Shown here: positions 57,388 to 64,000 of the stretch, in pieces
Layout of the letters: every line of letters begins with the position of its first letter
Position numbering within the stretch: the stretch's first letter is position 1
Assembly: GCA_050633305.1 (NCBI GenBank)
Contig: JBOEGF010000014.1
Coordinates: 128,001 to 192,000 of the forward strand
Length of the DNA: 64,000 bases
From: Nannocystales bacterium
Lineage (GTDB): Bacteria; Myxococcota_A; Polyangia; Nannocystales; Nannocystaceae
Direction of reading: 5' to 3'
The notes under the pieces: model-generated
What the model was told of the DNA's origin: nothing
Database searches by the model: none
Seen by the model: only the letters and a program-made list of their open reading frames with translations
Translations under genes and position numbers: made by a program

Positions 57388-60300
57388 GTGGACTCGGACG
57401 CGATTCCGGTCGTCCGTCGACCCATGGTTCTTCGTTGGTCAGGGTGCAACGCTGTTCTCGGCGCCGCGATCGTTTTCGCGCTGAGCCCTCCTGCGCATGC
57501 CCAGGAGCCCGATCCTGCGTCTGTCCGGGATGCGGGGGTTGAAGCTCACGTGGACCCAAGCGCGGACGCGCGCCCGGCTGTCGGGCCGGCCAAGGGGCGC
57601 GCGGCGGACGTCCAGGCCCAGGCCGACGCCCTACGCGCGCTTCTCGACGGGACCTTGGACTCCGCCATCGACGCGGAAGACCTGCTGGTCCTGCCGGACG
57701 ATGTCTTTCCTATCGTCCTTGAGGCGCTCATGACGCCGGATCCGGGCCCCGGCCTCGCTCCCCCACCCGCGGCCGAACAAAGCCCACTGGAGCTCGCCCA
57801 GGCCGACCTTCTGGAGACGCTTCGCAAGCTGTTCTCGCTCACCCCGCGAGCCCGCGCCGACCTGCTCGCAGCGCATGCGTCCAAAGCCGAGGCTTCAGTG
57901 GCGGGCCAAAGGCGCGTGGATGCTTGGAAGGCGGAGGCCGCTCGACTCGATGCCCGCTCGGCCACGTTGGAGAGCTTCGTCGAGGACACCGCCGAGCCGG
58001 GTACGGACACCAAGGGGCTGACTCGCATCGAGTTGCTCTCGTTGCTTCCAGCGGACGCGACCCTCGACCCGTCCCCAAGCGAAGCGTCGCTCGCCGTCCT
58101 GGCGAGCCGGGACGCCGCTTCAGAGCGGCTACGCACCGCACTCGAGGCCTGGATGGCGCTGCCCGAAGATGCCCGAGCATCCCGGCGAGCGGCCGCCGAG
58201 GTTGAGGTGGTGCCGCAGGAGGTCGCCCCCGAGACCGAGCCGCCCGAACCCGAGCTTCCCGAAGCCTTTGTCGACGAAGAAGAGGCGCAGGACCGCGAGG
58301 ACATCTCCGACAAGGAAGAGGAGGCTGCCGACGCGGCTCGCGAGAAAGAGGAAGCCCTCGACGTTGCCCGGATGGCACGTAGTGAGGCGCTGCGAGTCGT
58401 TGCCGAGGAGCGTGCCCGCCTGCTGGGGATCAAAGAACAGCAAGCCCTGTTCGCGGCGGGTCTTCCACGGTGGCGGCAACTCGCGCGCGAGCTTCACGAG
58501 TCTTCACTGGAGTGGCATCGACGGGTCGATGAAATGGTCGATGGCGCTTCGGGTGACGAGGCCGACGCGGACGCCGTCTACACGGAGCTTCGAAGCACGC
58601 TCGACGATGCTCGCTCCGCATTGTCGGAGGCCTTGGCGCGGGCGGCCGATCCTGGCCAACAAGTTCCGGCGCCGCCGGACGACTTCAACGACGCGGACCT
58701 GCCGGCCGATGTCGACCGCGCGGACCTGGTTGAGCTTCGAGACTCTCTGTCGGCCGAGGTCGAGGCGCTCTCAGCCGAGGAACTCTTGGTCGCGTGGGAG
58801 GTTGCGTCGCTGCTTCGAGACGACGTCGTCATGCTCAACCGCGACCGGCTCCGGCTTCTGCCGAGCATGTCGCCGCACGTTCGGGATGAACTGACGGGGT
58901 TGGGTCTTGCGGGTCGAGCCCAGGCGCGACGCGAGCTCGGACAGATCGGGCTCGAACTTCGGTATCATGCGATGTCGTTGCCACGCGACGCGGCATCGGT
59001 CGCGTCGAGCGTGCAGGCGCGTCCCTTGGACCTGGTGGTCCGCGCCCTCGAGCTGGTCTGTATCATCGCGTTGTTTCGGTGGTGGCGCGGGCAGGCCGAC
59101 GCCTTGCTTCGGAAGTGGCGAGGGCCGATGTGGGCTCCCTCTCCCGCGCAGCGAGTCCGCGCGAACGCCATCTGGTACCTCCTGAGGATTCGTCACCCGG
59201 TGGAGTGGTTGCTGCTCCTGATGGTCCTGCCGTTTGTGGTGGGGACCGCATCCAATGCGCTGGAACTTCGCCTCATCTGGCTTGTGCTGGTTTGGGTGCA
59301 AGGCGCCCGTGCCGTGGTTGTCACGGTGGACGCCATCGCGGAGCGGCAGAGCATCTACGGCGTGAGCGCCAAGGGAAACGGCAAGCTCCGCTTTCGCTCG
59401 CTGCGCCTGATCGGGCTCACCGTTACGCTTGTCGGCCTGATTCTCACCCTCACGTCGGACATCGTGGGGCGCGGCACGATCTATCGCTGGGTTCTACAAG
59501 GGTGTTGGGTCCTCGTGGCGCCGATCGGGATCTGGTTGGTCTCGCAGTGGCGCCCGAGCATCGTCGGGCGACTCGAAGGCTCCGTGAAGACAAGTGCGGT
59601 TGCCCGGTTGGTGGTCGAGAACCAGTCCGGGGTGCGCGGGTTCCTCGTCGCCGCGGTCGGCGGGGCGTGGCTGTTGGGTCGGGGGACAAGTGCATGGCTC
59701 GTTCGGCAACTCTCCGGGCTCGACACGACGCGCAAGGTGCTGGCGTACCTCTTTCGGCGAGAGGTCGCGCGCAAGGCGGAGACGTCGACTCTGGGTCCAC
59801 GGGGAACGCCGCTGGCCGGTCGACCGTTCGACCAACTGGGCCCTCAGAGCCAGGCAACTAAGACTGCGCCCGTCGAGGAGCCCGCCCGCGAGCTGGTGAC
59901 GCAGGCGCTGGAGCTGACCCGAGCCACCGCCTGTACGCTCAGCGTGGTCGTGGGAGAGCGCGGGATGGGCAAGACGACCTTCCTGCGTCGGCTGGTCGGG
60001 CGTAGCGAGGAAACGACCTGCATCGTGGGCTGTCCTCCCGAGGGGTTCGATGCCCTGCTCGAGGCCCTTGCAGTGCAGTTCAACGCAGCGAACTACGAAA
60101 TCGAGACCGTGGCGCAGGCGATCCGCGATGCGGGACCCTCTCTGATCTGCATCGACGACGCGCACCGAATGATCGCGCCGGCGGTCGGTGGCTTGGAGCA
60201 GTTGGACCACTTCACTCGCTTCGCGCTTAAAGTCGGTGGCGATGTGTCCTGGATCGTCGCGGTTCAGGAGGCGGCGTGGCACTTCGTCGAGCGGGCTCGC

Positions 60301-60849
60301 GGCGAGCGCGTCTTCTTCGACCGGGTGTTTACGCTTCCGCGTTGGACCGAGGATCAAATCGCGACCCTGATCCAACGTAGAACGGTTGAGGTCGAGCTCA
60401 AGCCCAGCTTTGACGCGCTGGTGGTTGCCGCCGAGTCCGACGACCCCGCGGAGGGGCGCAGGACCGAGCTTGGGTACTACCGAATCCTGTGGGACCACTC
60501 GGATGGCAACCCCGCTGTCGCGCTGCAGGCATGGCGCAACTCGTTGTTCGTCTCTCAGACCGAGGACGAGCCGGTTGTACGGCTGTTCGAGGAGCCTTCC
60601 GCGACCGAGGTCGAGCGTCTCCCCGCGACGTTGTTGTTCGTGTTGCGGGCGATCGTCCAGCTCGAGCTCGCCACCCCGCAGGAGGTCGCCGACTGCACCC
60701 AGCTCCCCGGCCCCGACGTCGCTGATGCGATTCGTTTCTCGGTCGCCCACGGGTATGTCGAGCCGTCGTCGGGTCGCTTCCGCCTCTCGTGGACCTGGTA
60801 CCGAACCATCACCCGCGTCTTGGTGCGCCAACACTTGCTCGTGAGCTGA
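57388..60849 (+). CDS. large membrane protein: signal peptide, coiled-coil ectodomain, multi-TM region, P-loop (STAND-like) ATPase, winged helix
   Basis: AHAQE signal cleavage site; long E/A/R-rich helices; about 6 hydrophobic segments; Walker A GERGMGKTT; Walker B LICIDDAH; SDGNP. Start uncertain. Confidence 0.85.
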   Translation: MDSDAIPVVRRPMVLRWSGCNAVLGAAIVFALSPPAHAQEPDPASVRDAGVEAHVDPSADARPAVGPAKGRAADVQAQADALRALLDGTLDSAIDAEDLLVLPDDVFPIVLEALMTPDPGPGLAPPPAAEQSPLELAQADLLETLRKLFSLTPRARADLLAAHASKAEASVAGQRRVDAWKAEAARLDARSATLESFVEDTAEPGTDTKGLTRIELLSLLPADATLDPSPSEASLAVLASRDAASERLRTALEAWMALPEDARASRRAAAEVEVVPQEVAPETEPPEPELPEAFVDEEEAQDREDISDKEEEAADAAREKEEALDVARMARSEALRVVAEERARLLGIKEQQALFAAGLPRWRQLARELHESSLEWHRRVDEMVDGASGDEADADAVYTELRSTLDDARSALSEALARAADPGQQVPAPPDDFNDADLPADVDRADLVELRDSLSAEVEALSAEELLVAWEVASLLRDDVVMLNRDRLRLLPSMSPHVRDELTGLGLAGRAQARRELGQIGLELRYHAMSLPRDAASVASSVQARPLDLVVRALELVCIIALFRWWRGQADALLRKWRGPMWAPSPAQRVRANAIWYLLRIRHPVEWLLLLMVLPFVVGTASNALELRLIWLVLVWVQGARAVVVTVDAIAERQSIYGVSAKGNGKLRFRSLRLIGLTVTLVGLILTLTSDIVGRGTIYRWVLQGCWVLVAPIGIWLVSQWRPSIVGRLEGSVKTSAVARLVVENQSGVRGFLVAAVGGAWLLGRGTSAWLVRQLSGLDTTRKVLAYLFRREVARKAETSTLGPRGTPLAGRPFDQLGPQSQATKTAPVEEPARELVTQALELTRATACTLSVVVGERGMGKTTFLRRLVGRSEETTCIVGCPPEGFDALLEALAVQFNAANYEIETVAQAIRDAGPSLICIDDAHRMIAPAVGGLEQLDHFTRFALKVGGDVSWIVAVQEAAWHFVERARGERVFFDRVFTLPRWTEDQIATLIQRRTVEVELKPSFDALVVAAESDDPAEGRRTELGYYRILWDHSDGNPAVALQAWRNSLFVSQTEDEPVVRLFEEPSATEVERLPATLLFVLRAIVQLELATPQEVADCTQLPGPDVADAIRFSVAHGYVEPSSGRFRLSWTWYRTITRVLVRQHLLVS

Positions 60850-60852
60850 TCG

Positions 60853-61680
60853 ATGGAAGGCGTCCCCGATAACGCAACGTTGGAGCAGATCACCGGGCTG
60901 ATCCGCTGGAGTGGGGTGCTCACCTCGATTCTGGTGATCGTCGGTGCGCTGGTCGTGCTCCGGTTCGTCCGCAACACCGTCGAGAACCTCAGCGGGCAGT
61001 TCGCGAACCGGCGGTTCCTGTTTCAGAAGGTCGCCACCGTCCTCCAGTTCGTCGTCTACGTGGCGACGGGCGTGTCGGTTTTGTCGCTGAGCCTCGACCT
61101 CGACGACGGCGCGCTCGCGGTGATCGGTGGCACGGTGGCTGTGTCCGTCGGTTTCGCCGTCAAAGACCTGGTGGCCTCCTTCATCGCGGGGATCATGATC
61201 ATGCTCGACCGGCCGTTTCAGGTGGGTGACCGGGTGAGCTTTGGCGGTCAGTACGGCGATGTGACGGCGATCGGTCTGCGTTCGGTTCGTATGCAGACAC
61301 TCGACGACAACACGGTCACGATCCCCAACAACAAGTTTCTCAACGAGATCACGTCCAACGGGAACTACGGCGCGCTGGACATGCAGGTCGTCATCGACTT
61401 TCACGTGGGCGCGGACCAGAACATCCTGCTGGCGAGAGAGGTTGTGTCCGAGGCGGCGGTCTCGAGTCGCTACGCCTACCTGCCCAAGCCCGTCGTCGTG
61501 CTCGTGGAGCAGGTGGTCAGCAGCGACCTCGTCGCGATACGGCTACGGCTCAAGGCCTATGTGCTCGACATCAAGTATGAGAAAGCGCTGGTGACGGATG
61601 TGAACCTTCGGGTTCTTCAGGCCTTCAGCAAGCACAACATCAAGCCTCCGGCGGTGCTGCATCGGTCTTCGCTCGGGTAG
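60853..61680 (+). CDS. mechanosensitive ion channel, MscS family
   Basis: VGFAVKDLVASFIAGIMIMLDRPFQVGDRV, IGLRSV, TVTIPNNKF; starts 3 nt after the ATPase gene. Confidence 0.92.
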   Translation: MEGVPDNATLEQITGLIRWSGVLTSILVIVGALVVLRFVRNTVENLSGQFANRRFLFQKVATVLQFVVYVATGVSVLSLSLDLDDGALAVIGGTVAVSVGFAVKDLVASFIAGIMIMLDRPFQVGDRVSFGGQYGDVTAIGLRSVRMQTLDDNTVTIPNNKFLNEITSNGNYGALDMQVVIDFHVGADQNILLAREVVSEAAVSSRYAYLPKPVVVLVEQVVSSDLVAIRLRLKAYVLDIKYEKALVTDVNLRVLQAFSKHNIKPPAVLHRSSLG

Positions 61681-62494
61681 CGTCTCGGTAGTCGAGATAC
61701 GCCCGGAGGATCGACTGCTCGACCTGACCACGGCCTCGCATCGGCGCGGGGTAGCGAAGAATGAGGCGCAGCGCCGGATTGCGCGTGGACACCCAAACCT
61801 TCGGGGTGACATCGGGGGGCTGGAGCCCGTGCTTGTGGCCGACCCGCTCCATGTTCTTCTGGGCTTTCTCGACGTAGCCGCGGCAGACCTTGTTGGCGGC
61901 CTCGAGAAGCTTTGCCTCCGCTTCGCGCCAGGGCGTGTCCGCGTCAAGCTCGATGCGGGTCGTGTGCAGGACGAACTCCTCCGTGAACGTCTCGTTGACG
62001 ACCGGAGTGTTCAGGAACAGGCTGTTGGGCAACACGACCATGCGCCCGGTGAGCTTGTGAATCGATGGCTCCGGTCCGACTTCCAAGAGGGTGGTCGTGA
62101 GCGGACCGATGTCGATGACATCTCCACGCGTGCCGTTGACCTCGATTCGATCGCCCAGACGAAAGGAGCGTGCCGAGATACGGAGGAAGGTGCCGCTGAG
62201 GCACAGGATGAGTTCCTTGGTCGCGATGACGAAGGCCGCACCCAGGGCGGCGAGCGAGAGCGCAACCGTCTGCAGCTGCTCCGCCCACAGCACGACGGTG
62301 GCGGCGAGGAACAGCACGATCGCCGCATTTCGAGATTGGACGAGAAAGCGGTTGCGACGTTCCGGCGGGAGACCGGACGTGTCGAAGGTCCGGACCGCGA
62401 GTCGTCGGCCCAGGACGATCAGCAGGAGGATGCCAACGGTGACGACGACTTTGATCGCCGCGGGGTGCTGCCCGAGAGACTCGATGAGCTCCAC
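61640..62494 (-). CDS. mechanosensitive ion channel, MscS family (second, convergent)
   Basis: VIATKELILCLSG, FRLGDRIEVNGTRGDVIDIG, VVLPNSLFL. Confidence 0.9.
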   Translation of the reverse strand: MELIESLGQHPAAIKVVVTVGILLLIVLGRRLAVRTFDTSGLPPERRNRFLVQSRNAAIVLFLAATVVLWAEQLQTVALSLAALGAAFVIATKELILCLSGTFLRISARSFRLGDRIEVNGTRGDVIDIGPLTTTLLEVGPEPSIHKLTGRMVVLPNSLFLNTPVVNETFTEEFVLHTTRIELDADTPWREAEAKLLEAANKVCRGYVEKAQKNMERVGHKHGLQPPDVTPKVWVSTRNPALRLILRYPAPMRGRGQVEQSILRAYLDYRDATRAKTDAAPPEA

Positions 62495-62549
62495 GGCCGG
62501 AGCTTAGGGCACATCGCCGGTCCCGGCCATGAGGGGGGCCGTGCGCCGC

Positions 62550-63998
62550 TCAGGGGCAGGGGACGACGGCGCCGGACGTGAATGTGTCGGCCAGGGATTG
62601 GGGGTGCACGTTGAGCATCGTCCACTCCGCGCCTGGCTGGGTGAGATCGTAGGTCTCGAAGCCCGTGGGAGACGCCACGATGAGCATGCTGTCGTTGAAT
62701 GCGGTGCGTGCGAACGTTCCCGTGAGGGTCGGGGCAAGCGGCACGCCGCGAACCTCCAACACGTCGTCTGCCCCGTAGCCAACGATGACGACGCCCTGGC
62801 TCCCACCCATCGCGAAGCCCACCTCTGCGTCGGGCAGCCGAACTGGCCAGAGGTTGCGTCGGTCTTCCCAGGGAGGGTCCGTCTGCACGACCAGCGGCCC
62901 GGGGCCGTCCGCGTCGACGGGGATGCGATAGACTGCTCGCCCGTCTGTGGTACCCGCGCCAACCCCGACAAGCTGGCTGGTGGGCGCGACATGCAGGACA
63001 GCGCTGAGGTCATCGCGAACGACCGAGAGCACCTCGGGGGGATCGAGCAACACTTCGCCGGGCCCGTAGGTGCCCTGGACGTAGAACGGTGCGACCGGTG
63101 CGGTGCCGCTCGCGACGAAGTTCACGAACAGACGCTGCGAGGGTCGGTCCAGGGTGAGGCGGGCTGCGCGAATCTCGGGGATGATCTTGTTGGTGTATTG
63201 GCCCGAAGCATTGAGGGTGAGGGCCGCTGGCTCGATGTCGAAGGTATCGATCGCGAACCCGTTTTCGATGACTCGGGTCGCAAACAGGAGCTCTCGTTCC
63301 GCGTCACAGGCGAGCTCTCGAACGCCCGGGACGGGGGTCTGGTTGCTGATGGACACGCCCCCCTGGCTCGGCCGCAGGCCCGTGATCGTGCCGGCCGTCG
63401 ACGCGACGTAGACTTGGTCAAGGCATGCCACCGTTGCGTTGCTGAGTTCACTGCCGATCCCGGTGAGAGGGGGGTTGTGGCCCGGGACGTCGATCTCGCC
63501 CAAGTTCTCCACCGCCCCGTCGGGGAGCACGGAGTAGCTGCGGACGACCGACGTTTTGCCGGGGCCGCCGAGGTGGGCGAAGAAACACTCGCGCTCGAAT
63601 CTACAGATCGGGGAGCAGCCGTCGCCCGGCTCGTTGTTGCCGTCGTCACACTCCTCTGCGCCAGCCTTGGTGTCGTCGCCGCACCCGTCGGGAATCACCA
63701 GTTCACAGACCCCCTCGATGCACATTGCATCGTTCTCGCACTGCCCCTCGTCGCATGGACAGCCGACGCGTCCGTCCACGCAGTCGCCGCCCGTGCTGCC
63801 GCTGCTGCTTGGGTCGTCGCTGTCCGCATCGGTACCCGTGGAACTCGAGCCCGGTGTGGTCTCGGTGGGCTCGGTCTCGATCGCGGTCGTGGTGCCCTGC
63901 GAGGAGCTTCCACCGCTTGCGGTTGAGGACTCGGTACTGGGCTCTGCGAAACAGCCGGCAGCGGAGAGCAGCGCGACCAACGAGGACCTGCGGAGCAT
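62550..63998 (-). CDS. lipoprotein with myxobacterial Cys-rich repeat and probable beta-propeller
   Basis: Lipobox AAGC; S/T linker; CGD....GAEECDDGNNEPGDGCSPIC repeat. Confidence 0.85.
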   Translation of the reverse strand: MLRRSSLVALLSAAGCFAEPSTESSTASGGSSSQGTTTAIETEPTETTPGSSSTGTDADSDDPSSSGSTGGDCVDGRVGCPCDEGQCENDAMCIEGVCELVIPDGCGDDTKAGAEECDDGNNEPGDGCSPICRFERECFFAHLGGPGKTSVVRSYSVLPDGAVENLGEIDVPGHNPPLTGIGSELSNATVACLDQVYVASTAGTITGLRPSQGGVSISNQTPVPGVRELACDAERELLFATRVIENGFAIDTFDIEPAALTLNASGQYTNKIIPEIRAARLTLDRPSQRLFVNFVASGTAPVAPFYVQGTYGPGEVLLDPPEVLSVVRDDLSAVLHVAPTSQLVGVGAGTTDGRAVYRIPVDADGPGPLVVQTDPPWEDRRNLWPVRLPDAEVGFAMGGSQGVVIVGYGADDVLEVRGVPLAPTLTGTFARTAFNDSMLIVASPTGFETYDLTQPGAEWTMLNVHPQSLADTFTSGAVVPCP

Positions 63999-64000
63999 GG

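Noticed and set aside
5374..61404. Many long antisense or alternate-frame ORFs (e.g. 5374-6903 minus, 7917-9641 minus, 10169-11989 plus, 19190-21001 minus, 59494-61404 minus)
   Set aside because: They shadow well-supported genes, are Arg/Pro/Gly-rich or mirror-codon sequences with no motifs, and are expected from stop-codon scarcity in high-GC DNA.

Overview
High-GC bacterial DNA, gene-dense, with about 55 CDS and no rRNA, complete tRNA, CRISPR array or transposase that I can see. The gene content suggests a myxobacterium, probably Nannocystaceae-like (inference): many lipoproteins with Ser/Thr/Gly/Asp linkers, vWA and Cys-rich repeat lipoproteins, Ser/Thr kinases and an ECF sigma. The best candidate for an undescribed system is an array of five tandem paralogues at 25522-27950. 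Each has an N-terminal CxxC-x10-CPxC zinc ribbon, a LAGC lipobox and a disordered linker with exactly two X-Tyr-Gly motifs (mostly YGxP, C-terminal ISPDYGVP). About 9.4 kb away (37345-38604) is a radical SAM/SPASM enzyme with PlpX-type splicease signatures. Spliceases excise tyramine at XYG sites, so this may be a system making surface lipoproteins that carry alpha-keto-beta-amide residues. Other notable items: a compact lipoxygenase-like protein with an HxxxH motif and C-terminal Phe; a membrane-anchored STAND-like ATPase coupled to MscS channels; an orphan SdhA/NadB-family flavoprotein with an altered active site; a stand-alone PKS-type methyltransferase; a Cys-nucleophile hydrolase; a kinase with a GspC-like PDZ domain; many apparently leaderless promoters; and a decayed methyltransferase pseudogene. 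All family calls come from motif recognition by eye, not from database searches.
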